Position numbers and translations under genes: made by a program | Shown here: positions 20,852-30,283 of the stretch, one piece after another | How positions within the stretch are numbered: the first letter of the stretch is position 1 | How the letters are laid out: each line of letters begins with the position of its first letter | Assembly (NCBI GenBank): GCA_963843575.1 | Contig: CAWJKZ010000013.1 | Coordinates: 160,001 to 224,000, forward strand | Reading direction: 5' to 3' | Source of the DNA: an uncultured Acidobacteriota bacterium | Lineage (GTDB): Bacteria > Acidobacteriota > UBA6911 | DNA: 64,000 nucleotides | Notes under the pieces: model-generated | Told to the model about the DNA's origin: nothing | Database searches by the model: none | The model's input: the letters and a program-made list of their open reading frames with translations, nothing else

Positions 20852-21925
20852 TCACGGGCGCGCTTCGAAAACGCGATTGAACGGCGTTTCCGTCGCGCGC
20901 CTGAACCGGGTCAGCCCCGCGTCGGCCGCGACGGCGCGCAACTGCGGCTCGGTCGCGATCGTCCCCAGCGCCGTCTGACCGGAGGCGATGGCGTTGGGCG
21001 TGCAACAGAGCACGGATGCGCCGGCGTAGACGCGTCCCACGGGGTTGAAGTTCCCCTCCACGCTGTCGGAAGCCATCGGTTCCACGATCATGACGCACCC
21101 GCCGGGATTCAGCGTCTCGCGTGCGCGCCGCAACGATCCCGTAGGGTCCCCGAGGTCGTGGAGGCAGTCGAAAAACGCCACCAGGTCGTACCCGGAGCCG
21201 GGGAAGTTGGTCGCACCGGCGATGTCGAACCGGATCCGGTCCGCCACCCCGGCCGAGAACGCCGCCTTCCGGGCGTGCACGATCGACGGGGCATGGTTGT
21301 CGAACCCCCAGAACTGCGAGTTAGGGAAAGCCTGGGCCATGATTATGGTGGACGCCCCGTGCCCGCACCCGACATCCGCGACCCTCGCGCCGGACTGCAG
21401 CTTTTCGCGCACGCCGTTGAGGGCGGGAATCCAGTTGTCGACCAGGTTGGCTGCGTACCCCGGTTTGAAGAACCGCTCGGTCCCTTCGAAGAGGTCCGGA
21501 TGATGCTCACCCCAGAACATCCCCTCCCCGGTCTGGAAAGCCGTGGAGATGCGATCGCTGGCCTTGATCATCGCGGTCACCACCTGAAACCCGCCTCCGA
21601 CGAAAAACGGGCTGTGATCGTCCGCCAGCGCCGCCGCGTGTTCGTGAGGCAGGGAGTACTTCCCGGTGGCCGGATCGTACTCGATGTATCCGCTCGCGGC
21701 CTGGTTGACCAGCCACTCGCGGACGTAACGTTCCGAGGTGCCGGTGCGTGCGGCCAGGTCTACCGAAGTCATCGGCGCGGAGCCCGCCATGGCTTTGTAT
21801 AGCCCCAGCTTGTCGCCGATCACAACCAGCGCGGCGCTCACGGCCGCCCCGAAATCCTCGACCGCTCTTGACAAAAAAGTCTCCAGCTTTACTTGGTTGA
21901 ATGGTTGAGCGACTTGAGTTGCCAT
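20852..21925 (-). CDS. Class I SAM-dependent methyltransferase with N-terminal winged helix (Rv2258c-like)
   Basis: IGDKLGLYKAM, ERYVREWL, VADVGCGHG, FFDCLHDLGDP, ETPFNRVFEARP. Confidence 0.88.
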   Translation of the reverse strand: MATQVAQPFNQVKLETFLSRAVEDFGAAVSAALVVIGDKLGLYKAMAGSAPMTSVDLAARTGTSERYVREWLVNQAASGYIEYDPATGKYSLPHEHAAALADDHSPFFVGGGFQVVTAMIKASDRISTAFQTGEGMFWGEHHPDLFEGTERFFKPGYAANLVDNWIPALNGVREKLQSGARVADVGCGHGASTIIMAQAFPNSQFWGFDNHAPSIVHARKAAFSAGVADRIRFDIAGATNFPGSGYDLVAFFDCLHDLGDPTGSLRRARETLNPGGCVMIVEPMASDSVEGNFNPVGRVYAGASVLCCTPNAIASGQTALGTIATEPQLRAVAADAGLTRFRRATETPFNRVFEARP

Positions 21926-22272
21926 GGATCCTTCCTTTCGATCACCCTGCGTCACCGCTGCATCGCTCCAGCCAGGCGGCGGGAACAAGGCTGCAAGTTG
22001 GTTTTGCTGCCGAGACACCGTTGTGGCCGGTGCCGCGACACGAGCGGTGGCTTGGACGTCCACCCGAGTTGGCATAATTGTAGCAATCCGGGAGACCCGC
22101 GTCCAAGCTCGGTGAGACCGCCGGGGCAATCTGGGGTGCGGCGCCCTGGCGCGGCCCTTTCGCTTGCGTCCTATGGCCGGAATGCTCGGAGCCTGGGCGT
22201 CATACCGAGTCAAAGTGCGGCGGCGCAGAGCCGCTGCGCTCCGTCAGGGGACCTTTGGGCTACAATGCTGTC

Positions 22273-23244
22273 ATGCAACTGATCAGCTGCGACTGGGGGA
22301 CCTCGACGTTTCGCATACGCCTGCTGCGTGGGGAGGCGGCGCCCGCGCTCGTGGCCGAACGCAGCAGTGCTGCCGGCGTCGTCGTTTTTGCGCACGGGGC
22401 GGAGGCAGAGTACCGGTCATTCCTGTCGCGCGAGATCTCGGCGCTGTTTGCGGGCGCCCACCTCCCGGCTGAGCCCGCGCCCGTGCTGCTCTCGGGCATG
22501 ATCACCTCGTCGCTGGGCTGGAAGCAGCCCCCCTATGCGGAGTTGCCGTTCCCGCTGGACGGTTCCGCCGCCGTGATCGAGCGCGACCGGCTGGAGACCC
22601 CATACGGGGGCCACGATCTGGTGTTCGTGTCGGGGGTCAAGGGGAGCGAAGAGGTGATGCGGGGAGAAGAGTGCGAGTTGGTCGGAGTCTATGCGCACCC
22701 GGAGGCCGCCCGGTTCGCAGGGTCGTCGGTAGCCCTCCTCCCCGGCACACACAGCAAGGTGCTTGAGATAAACTCGGCGCAGCTCACCCGGTTTCGGACC
22801 TTCCTCACCGGCGAACTGTTCGACGTGCTCTGCCGCCATTCCATCCTGAGGCACTCGGTTGCCGGCGTCGACGCGGACGCGGAACCCGGCCCCTCCTTCG
22901 AAGAGGGGATCGAACGGGTGGCCCGGCGCGGGCTGCTGGGTTCGCTCTTTTCGGTGCGCGCCCGGCAACTGCTGGACGGCGTCGCACCCGCGGCGAGCCA
23001 CGCCTACCTCAGCGGGCTAGTGATCGGCGACGAGCTGACGACGCTGTTGCGGTTGTATCCCCCCGACGTCCCGCTGCTCATGTGCGGCAACGCGCGGCTT
23101 GCCCGACTTTACCGGCGGGGGCTCCTGGCGCTAGGCGAGGGCGCGCGCGCCCACGTTCTCCCCGAGGACGTGACGGGCCTGGCCGCCGGGCTGGGGCACT
23201 GGCGCCTTTGGGGATACTTGATCGGTCGCATGGCTTCGGGCTAA
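22273..23244 (+). CDS. dgoK: 2-dehydro-3-deoxygalactonokinase
   Basis: CDWGTSTFR, SGMITSSLGW, VMRGEE, LPGTHSK, TFLTGELF, LFSVRA, YLSGLVIGDE. Confidence 0.88.
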   Translation: MQLISCDWGTSTFRIRLLRGEAAPALVAERSSAAGVVVFAHGAEAEYRSFLSREISALFAGAHLPAEPAPVLLSGMITSSLGWKQPPYAELPFPLDGSAAVIERDRLETPYGGHDLVFVSGVKGSEEVMRGEECELVGVYAHPEAARFAGSSVALLPGTHSKVLEINSAQLTRFRTFLTGELFDVLCRHSILRHSVAGVDADAEPGPSFEEGIERVARRGLLGSLFSVRARQLLDGVAPAASHAYLSGLVIGDELTTLLRLYPPDVPLLMCGNARLARLYRRGLLALGEGARAHVLPEDVTGLAAGLGHWRLWGYLIGRMASG

Positions 23245-23361
23245 TACCAAGATCGCGGCGCGGTCGTCAGGTCCGGCCCCGGGTCGACTGCCTCGACTGC
23301 TGGTTCGAAGAAGGCGACCACGGCCGCCAAGTTAAGGGCTCGCGCAAGCATAACGTATTTG

Positions 23362-23504
23362 TCAGAACGCGGATGCGCGCGGATCCCCACGGATCGACCT
23401 GGCGACAGGCCGCGGTCGATCCGCGTGAATCCGTTGGATCCGCGGAATCTGCGTTCTGTTTTGGCTTTTGCTTTTCATCGCCCGTGTTGTTCTGCGTCCT
23501 GAAA
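23362..23504. repeat. ~140 bp dispersed palindromic repeat, copy A
   Basis: Aligns almost end to end with the reverse complement of 63612-63744. Confidence 0.8.
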
Positions 23505-23535
23505 AATACGTCCGCGTACTTATGAGACTGTGCAC

Positions 23536-23908
23536 TAAGTACCCCATTTCGCAAGTCCGCTAACATATTCTTGGGATGGAGCTGGTCACCGGTTGACAAC
23601 AGCAGAACGCGGATCTGTCGCGGATTTTACGGATTCACGCGGATCGGCCGCGCCCGGCATCCCTCCCCGAGGGCCGGCGCTTCGCGCCGATGCATCAAAG
23701 CCCGGCTCCCGCAGGAAAGCGCGCGGTTGAAAGGATGCTGCTTCGATTCAAGGTCCCCGTTTTCCTGCGGGAGCCGGGCTTTGATGCGTGCCAAAGGCAG
23801 CCCTCGGGGAGGAATGCCGGGCGCGGCCTGCCACCAGGTAGAAATCCGCGTGCATCCGCGCAAATCTGCGTACTGGAAACGTTAGCGTATTTCCGGAGCA
23901 CGAGTACC
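23536..23908. repeat. Nested long inverted-repeat (MITE-like) element
   Basis: Perfect 27-bp IR 23692-23718/23761-23787, 29-bp IR with one mismatch 23646-23674/23800-23828, and looser outer arms. Confidence 0.75.
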
Positions 23909-23954
23909 AAGGGTTCGCGCAAGCAGGTGGACCGAGGCCATGACCTGCGGTCGC

Positions 23955-25212
23955 TCAGGCGCGGGCGCGCCTGTCCATTTCCCGTATCTTCAGGACGAGC
24001 AGGACAATCAGCGCGGCAATGATCACTACGGAAACCGCCAGCCCCTTGCGTCTGTAGCTGAGTTCGCCCAGCGCGTTCCAGCCGCTGGACTCCGATGCCG
24101 CGGCGATCTTGTCTCCCTCGGCCAGCACTTTAACGAGCGCGGCGGGGTCGAACCGGTGGATCTCCACGCGGGCCCGTATCAGGTGATCCCGTCCCTCCGC
24201 CAGATCGTACAGCGGCCGGCTGACTTCCATCCCGGCGCGTTCCGCCCGTTTGAGCACTCCCTCCGCCGAACTCAGGTGGTTCCGCAGCCGGACGATTCCC
24301 TCCTTCATCTCGACGGCGGCCTTGTGTCCCGGGGTGCCGCTCTCGTGGCAGGTGGCGCAGGTTGCCGGTTCCTGTCCTCCGAGCATGTCGTCCGACGTGG
24401 CGGTGACAGCATGGTGCTCGTGACATGTCGAGCAGGCGAGCAGTTGCTGGTCGGCGAAGGCTTTCTTGTGAGGACTCGCCCCGAACAGGTCCCACTGGCT
24501 GACGTGGCACTGCCCGCAGACGTTGGCGACCGTGTCGACGCCGGGGGGGGCTGCCCCGTGGTTGCCGTGACAGTCGTTGCAGGTCGGGGCCGACATGTCG
24601 CGCTTCCTGATCAAGGCCTCGCCGTGGACACTCTTGATGTACTGCTCCATCTGGTTGGTGGGGATGCCATAGCTCGACATCCGCTTCGGGTCGGCGTGGC
24701 ACCGGCCACAGGTTGCCGCCACGTTCGTAGCGTACACGGGGCTGGTAGGGTTGGCCACGGCCTTCACGCCGTGGGCGCCGTGGCAGTCGATGCAAGTCGC
24801 CACGTTCGGATCCCCCGCCACATACTTCTTTCCGTGCACGCTCGTGAGGTATTCCGTGTATTGGTCGACCCGCGGCTGCGGGTTGTAGCGGCGCATGACC
24901 TCGGGCTTGCTGTGGCACGAGGCGCACAGCGCCGCAATCTGCCTGCGCTGCGGCCGGCCGATGAAACCCTTCGCCCGGCTCATCGAATCCTCGGCGCTTC
25001 CGGTCTCGATCCCCACGGTGGGGTCGCCCCCGTGGCAATTGTTGCAGGACAGCACCTTTCTGAAAGTGGATGTCCTGGACCGACAGGCGGACCGGGTCCT
25101 GCATTTCGGCGTTCAGATCGCGGTGGCACCTGACACAGGTGCTCTCTGCAACGCTCGCACCCTGCTGAACCGGAGCAACCCCGACCAGCAATACGAGAAC
25201 GACTTGCCACAT
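23955..25212 (-). CDS. Membrane-anchored nonaheme c-type cytochrome (frameshift near 25056)
   Basis: Signal peptide; CVRCH, CNNCH, CASCH, CIDCH, CGRCH, CNDCH, CGQCH, CSTCH, CATCH; coiled coil and C-terminal TM. Confidence 0.85.
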
Positions 25213-25223
25213 GGGAATGAGTC

Positions 25224-26294
25224 CTATGTCAGATACGCGAGCGCCGAGAGCGCCACGATGTAGACAAGGGCGGCCAACCCCGCGACCGCAAGCAGGTTCG
25301 CGCGGCCTGGTTCGCGCCTGGGCGCCGCGACAAATGGCGTTATGATCAGGAGCAGCCCGAGCACCCCGAAAAACAGGATGCCCAGCACCTCACCGTCCAC
25401 TCCCAAAATCTTGCCGGGAATGTATTTGAGCGTCTGAAACATGAAGACGAAATACCACTCGGGCTTAATGCCGGCCGGGGCCGGGGCGAAGGGGTCGGCC
25501 TTTTCCCCGAGTTCCCAGGGAAAGATGGCAGCGAGAGACGCCAGCACGGCGATGGCGGCGAGCCAGCCGACCAGGTCGCGCATCAGGAAGTCGGGAACGA
25601 ACTTCATCCGGGGTACGCTCTTTTCGTCGACCGAAGAGGGCGTGCTCATGCCGTGCTTCTGCACCAGGTAGACATGCAAGGCGAGGACGACCGTCGTGAG
25701 AGCCGGCAGTATGGCCACGTGGAAGCCGAAAAACCGCGTCAGGGTGGCTCCGGTTACCTCGTCTCCGCCGCGCAGAAAGCGCAGCAGGAAAGGTCCCGCC
25801 ACCGGCACGACACCCGCGATGTCGGTCCCGACCTTCGTCGCAAAAAAGGCCAGTTTGTTCCAGGGCAGGAGATAGCCGCTGAACCCGAAACCCAGGGCCA
25901 GAAACAGCAGCAGGGCGCCCGAGACCCAGGTCAGCTCGCGCGGACGCCGAAAGGCCCTCAGGAAGAGCGTGCTGAACATGTGGACGAAGGCGGCGGCGAT
26001 CATCAGGTTGGCCGACCAGCTGTGCACGGAACGGATCAGCCAGCCGAATTGAACCTCGGTCATGATGAACTGCACGCTCTCGAACGCCGCCTCCGCACTC
26101 GGGCGGTAGTAGAGGAGCAGCAGGATTCCCGTACCCACCTGGACGCAGAACAGGAACAGCGTCATGCCGCCGAAGTAATACCAGAGCGAGTGGCGATGCC
26201 GGGGCACTTCCTTGTGCTCGATGAGTTCCCGGGCGACGCGCCATCCGAGGCGTTCTTCCAGCCAGTCTCCCAGGCGCGGTGCGCTGGAGTTCAC
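25224..26294 (-). CDS. qcrB: Cytochrome b of a Rieske/cytb complex
   Basis: [47 protein letters not shown]. Confidence 0.92.
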   Translation of the reverse strand: MNSSAPRLGDWLEERLGWRVARELIEHKEVPRHRHSLWYYFGGMTLFLFCVQVGTGILLLLYYRPSAEAAFESVQFIMTEVQFGWLIRSVHSWSANLMIAAAFVHMFSTLFLRAFRRPRELTWVSGALLLFLALGFGFSGYLLPWNKLAFFATKVGTDIAGVVPVAGPFLLRFLRGGDEVTGATLTRFFGFHVAILPALTTVVLALHVYLVQKHGMSTPSSVDEKSVPRMKFVPDFLMRDLVGWLAAIAVLASLAAIFPWELGEKADPFAPAPAGIKPEWYFVFMFQTLKYIPGKILGVDGEVLGILFFGVLGLLLIITPFVAAPRREPGRANLLAVAGLAALVYIVALSALAYLT

Positions 26295-26297
26295 GTC

Positions 26298-26741
26298 TTA
26301 TCCTCGCGAAACGATGATTTCCTGCCCGCGCACGTTGACTTGGAACTGCTCGAGCGGACGCGGCGGCGGTCCTGAAACGTTTTTCCCGCTGAGGTCATAA
26401 CGACCGTTGTGACAGGCGCACCAGATCATTTTTTCGTCGGCGCGGAACTGGACCGTGCAGTCGAGATGGGTGCACGTCGCGCTGAAGGCCCGGTACTCCC
26501 CGTCCGCCGTTTGAACGAGGATGCCTGGCTTGCTGCCGAACTTGAATATGCGGCCCTCGTTGGGTTTGAGATCGGTCGTCTTTGCGGCGACCACCGAATT
26601 CGCGCTCGACTCCACGACCCGCGGAGGGATCATGAAGCGGACGACCGGGTAGAGGATTGCACCGAGCGTTGCGACTGTTCCCGTCCCCAGAAGATAGTTC
26701 AATATCGAACGACGGCCAGGCGTAGGATTGGGAAGCGTCAT
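26298..26741 (-). CDS. qcrA: Rieske 2Fe-2S subunit
   Basis: Tat-like [11 protein letters not shown] anchor; CTHLDC and CACHNG boxes; SGPPPRPL. Confidence 0.92.
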   Translation of the reverse strand: MTLPNPTPGRRSILNYLLGTGTVATLGAILYPVVRFMIPPRVVESSANSVVAAKTTDLKPNEGRIFKFGSKPGILVQTADGEYRAFSATCTHLDCTVQFRADEKMIWCACHNGRYDLSGKNVSGPPPRPLEQFQVNVRGQEIIVSRG

Positions 26742-27184
26742 ATCGGAACCCGCATGCAAAGCACCATGGATTCGCTTCGTTTCGCCACTTTAGGGGCAAA
26801 GGGGTCGAAGGGTCAAGAGGCAAAGGACGTCGTCAGGCACCCGCCTCGTGTCCTGGGAGTTGTCCATACACCCACCGTGCGCCTTTTAACCCAATCCGGC
26901 GTCCGAGCGGAGACCATCGACGGCCGCTTTGGTCAGTCGACTTTCGGCGCAGGCCACCGGGAGAGAGTAGCAGTAGCCCTCAGCCGAGAAGATATTTATA
27001 ATTCACCCCCTGACAAATCGCGAGCGCCGGCAGTGTCGAAACACTGCCGAATAGCCAAAAGCTTAATCGATTGTGCTATATGCCCCAACCTGGCCGACTG
27101 GGGAGAAATTCACCGTTAGCTGTTGAATAGTGCAACATGCAATTCTACTGAACTTTACGTCGATTCGGAGCCGGGTGGCTGCGA

Positions 27185-27201
27185 GCGGTGACGAAATTGC
27201 T
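27185..27201 (+). promoter_or_regulatory. Possible sigma54 (-24/-12) promoter for the mtr-like operon
   Basis: GG(27187-88)-N10-GC(27199-200) with TTGCT; -24 context (CGGTGA) deviates from TGGCAC. Confidence 0.3.
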
Positions 27202-27278
27202 TTTTATCCACCGAACTTCCCATTGGTTTTTGCAGTTGAACAAGCCGCTGCCCAGGCGGCCACGGAGGGCACGACATT

Positions 27279-29324
27279 ATGACTATGAGGGCGAAGAGAC
27301 CGACGGCGGTTCTTCTCTTTCTTTCTTTTTTCTCGATGGCGGCGCTAGGAATTGCCGCGTTTGTGAATGACTCGGAGAAGGTTTACAGTGCCATGGAGAA
27401 GGCCTTTTATCTCTCTCCTGAGGATGGTATCTGGATCCGCCCGGGTGTGAATCTAGCGATCCAGAACATCACGATACCGGCAGACCGCAAGCCGGTGGTT
27501 ACGTTCAGGATCACCGACGACAAGGGGCAGGGGTTGGATCGGACGGGTACGCTCACTCCCGGCACCGTCACGACCAGCTGGGTTTTCGCCTACATCCCGG
27601 AGAATGCCACGCAATACGTCGCCTACACGGTCCGAGCCCAGAAGAGCCCGATCACGAACGTGACGGAAATTCAGGCGTCGAGCGACCAGAACGGCAAGTA
27701 CGCCAGCCTGGGCGACGGGACCTACACCTACACATTCGGCACGACGCTCCCGGCCGCGTACGACACGACCGCGACCCACACGCTGGGCGTCTACTCGGTG
27801 CGTGACCTGCGCGAGTTCGGCCTGAGCCGCTACATCACCAACGTGCTGAACACCTTTGTGCCGGACGGCCGCGCGGTCACGAAGACCCGCGACGTCGTGC
27901 GCACCGCGGCCTGCAACCAGTGCCACGACCCGCTCGGGCTTCACGGCGGTTCGCGCCAGGACGTGCTGCTCTGCAACCTCTGCCACACGCCGCAATCAAA
28001 GGATCCTGACACGGGCAACACCGTCGACATGAAGGTGATGACGCACAAGATCCACATGGGCGCGGACCTGCCCAGCGTGCAGGCCGGGCAGCACTACCAG
28101 ATCATCGGCAACCAGCAGAGCGTCAACGATTACTCCGACGTCGTCTTCCCGCAGGACATTCGCAATTGCACGACCTGCCACAAGGACACGACCCAGGTCA
28201 ACAACTGGCTGCTCAACCCGACCCGGGACACCTGCGGCTCCTGCCACGACAACATCGACTGGACGAGCGGCAAGAACCACGTGGCCGGCCCCCAGCCTGA
28301 CGACCGCTACTGCGCCAATTGCCACTGGCCGGAGAGCGACTACGAGTACGACGCGACCATCGCGGGCGCTCACGTCCCACCCTACAAGTCGAAGCAGCTG
28401 TTCAACCCCAAGTTTGAAATGCTCGAAGTGACCAACACGGCTGCGGGCCAGTCCCCGACCGTCAAGTTCAAGGTCACGGATAAGACCGGCAAGGCAATTG
28501 CCCCCGCCATCATGGGCGGGACCTCGGGCCGCCTGTCACTGACCCTTGCAGGCCCGACCTCTGATTACCGCTGGTACCTGACCGAGGCGGCTAACACCGC
28601 GGAGTACGCCGACGGCGTGGCCACCTACACCTTCAAAGGAGTGATCCCGGCGACGGCCACGGGCACCTACGCCGTGGAGGCGGAGGGCTATCTTAACGCC
28701 ACTCTCAATCCCGGTACCGAGAAGCAGTTGAGCTACCGCGACGCATTTGATAACGTTGTAAAGCCGTTCGCGGTGACCGGAACGCTGGAAAACCGGCGCA
28801 CTGTGGTCGATCTGGCGAAGTGCAACAAGTGCCACGACAAACTGCAGCTGCACGGCAACAACCGGAACCAAATCGAAGCGTGCGTGGTTTGCCACAACCC
28901 GGCGACCACCGACGCGGCCCGCAGGCCCGCGGCAGCCCTCCCCGCGGAAGCGATCGACATGAAGATCATGATTCACAAGATCCACACGGGGGCGGAGCTG
29001 GCGAACGATTACACCGTCTACGGCTTCGGCAACACCGCAATCAACTTCAACGAAGTCGGTTACCCGGGCGACCGCCGCAATTGTCTCGGCTGTCACGTCG
29101 GGACTTCCTACCAGGTGCCCCTTGCTGCCTCGGTCACCTCGTCCACGACGCCGCGCAGCTTCTGGGATCCCATGAAGCCCACGTCGGCGGCGTGCCTGGG
29201 GTGCCACGACTCTGTGGACGCGGCCGCGCATGCGTTCGTCAACACGGCGACGTTCGGAGAGGCCTGCTCGGTCTGCCATAAGGAAGGTGCGGACGCTGCG
29301 GTGACAAAGGTCCACGCCCGATAG
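27279..29324 (+). CDS. mtrC: MtrC/OmcA-family decaheme c-type cytochrome
   Basis: Ten CxxCH motifs in two blocks of five, each preceded by a beta-rich domain; repeated MKxMxHKIHxG and FPQDIRNC/YPGDRRNC. Confidence 0.85.
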   Translation: MTMRAKRPTAVLLFLSFFSMAALGIAAFVNDSEKVYSAMEKAFYLSPEDGIWIRPGVNLAIQNITIPADRKPVVTFRITDDKGQGLDRTGTLTPGTVTTSWVFAYIPENATQYVAYTVRAQKSPITNVTEIQASSDQNGKYASLGDGTYTYTFGTTLPAAYDTTATHTLGVYSVRDLREFGLSRYITNVLNTFVPDGRAVTKTRDVVRTAACNQCHDPLGLHGGSRQDVLLCNLCHTPQSKDPDTGNTVDMKVMTHKIHMGADLPSVQAGQHYQIIGNQQSVNDYSDVVFPQDIRNCTTCHKDTTQVNNWLLNPTRDTCGSCHDNIDWTSGKNHVAGPQPDDRYCANCHWPESDYEYDATIAGAHVPPYKSKQLFNPKFEMLEVTNTAAGQSPTVKFKVTDKTGKAIAPAIMGGTSGRLSLTLAGPTSDYRWYLTEAANTAEYADGVATYTFKGVIPATATGTYAVEAEGYLNATLNPGTEKQLSYRDAFDNVVKPFAVTGTLENRRTVVDLAKCNKCHDKLQLHGNNRNQIEACVVCHNPATTDAARRPAAALPAEAIDMKIMIHKIHTGAELANDYTVYGFGNTAINFNEVGYPGDRRNCLGCHVGTSYQVPLAASVTSSTTPRSFWDPMKPTSAACLGCHDSVDAAAHAFVNTATFGEACSVCHKEGADAAVTKVHAR

Positions 29325-29330
29325 GTTCTT

Positions 29331-30260
29331 ATGTTCACAAAACGTGTTCTGCAGATCACGCTTTTGTTTTCCACCCTGTTCGTCCTGGCGGGGATTCTGA
29401 CCGGCGCGCAAGCGCCGGCGCAGAATCCCCCCCAGGGGGCCGCCCCGGCGACCGGGAGCGTCAATAACGAGGACTGTGCCGTTTGCCACGAGGACGTCGC
29501 GAAGGCATTCGACAAGAACCCCCACGCGGTGCTCGAAAAAAGCCCGAAGTTCAGCATGAAGAACTCGTGCGAATCGTGCCACGGCCCCGGGGAAGCCCAC
29601 GCGAGCAACGACGGCGACCGCACCAAGATCATCACGTTTCGGGATCAAGCCAAAAAGCTCTACAACGAGCAGTGCCTGACCTGCCACCGGAAGCACCCCG
29701 AGGTGAACGGTTTCGCGGGGAGCGCGCACTCGAAGTTCGGGCTTTCCTGCACCGATTGCCACCGCGTCCACCGCCCGGCCCCGACGACTCGCCTGCTGCA
29801 GCAGCCGGTTAACAACCTGTGCTTCAGCTGCCACGTGCAGAGCCGCACCGATTTCTCGAAGCCCTTCCATCACCGGGTGCGCGAAAACTCGATGCGTTGC
29901 ACCGATTGTCATCAGCCCCACAGCGGCATCGATTCGCGTCAGGTCCGGACCACCAGCTTCGGCGACTCTCCCTGCTTCAAGTGCCACACCGACAAGGAGG
30001 GCCCGTTCGTATTCGAGCACGCTCCGGTCGTGATACGCGATTGCCAGGCCTGCCATCAGCCCCACGGGTCGAACAACTCCAAGATGCTCGTGCGCGCCAC
30101 GGTGCGGGCGGTTTGCCTCGAATGTCACACGACCAGCAACGGTGTCCTTGGGGCCTCTCCGCCGGCATTCCACGACATCCGCAGCCCCCGGTTCCAGAAT
30201 TGCACTACCTGTCACGTGAAGATTCACGGCTCAAACGCCGACGTGAAATTCCTCAGGTGA
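29331..30260 (+). CDS. mtrA: MtrA/DmsE-family periplasmic decaheme cytochrome c
   Basis: Ten CxxCH motifs; GPFVFEHAPV, CHQPHGS, CTTCHVKIHGSN C-terminus. Confidence 0.9.
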   Translation: MFTKRVLQITLLFSTLFVLAGILTGAQAPAQNPPQGAAPATGSVNNEDCAVCHEDVAKAFDKNPHAVLEKSPKFSMKNSCESCHGPGEAHASNDGDRTKIITFRDQAKKLYNEQCLTCHRKHPEVNGFAGSAHSKFGLSCTDCHRVHRPAPTTRLLQQPVNNLCFSCHVQSRTDFSKPFHHRVRENSMRCTDCHQPHSGIDSRQVRTTSFGDSPCFKCHTDKEGPFVFEHAPVVIRDCQACHQPHGSNNSKMLVRATVRAVCLECHTTSNGVLGASPPAFHDIRSPRFQNCTTCHVKIHGSNADVKFLR

Positions 30261-30283
30261 GGACACAGGAGCTAACAACCGTG

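Noticed and set aside
22069-22086. sigma54-like TGGCATAATTGTAGCA
   Set aside because: Equally readable as an extended -10 (TGCTACAAT) on the minus strand for the methyltransferase; ambiguous
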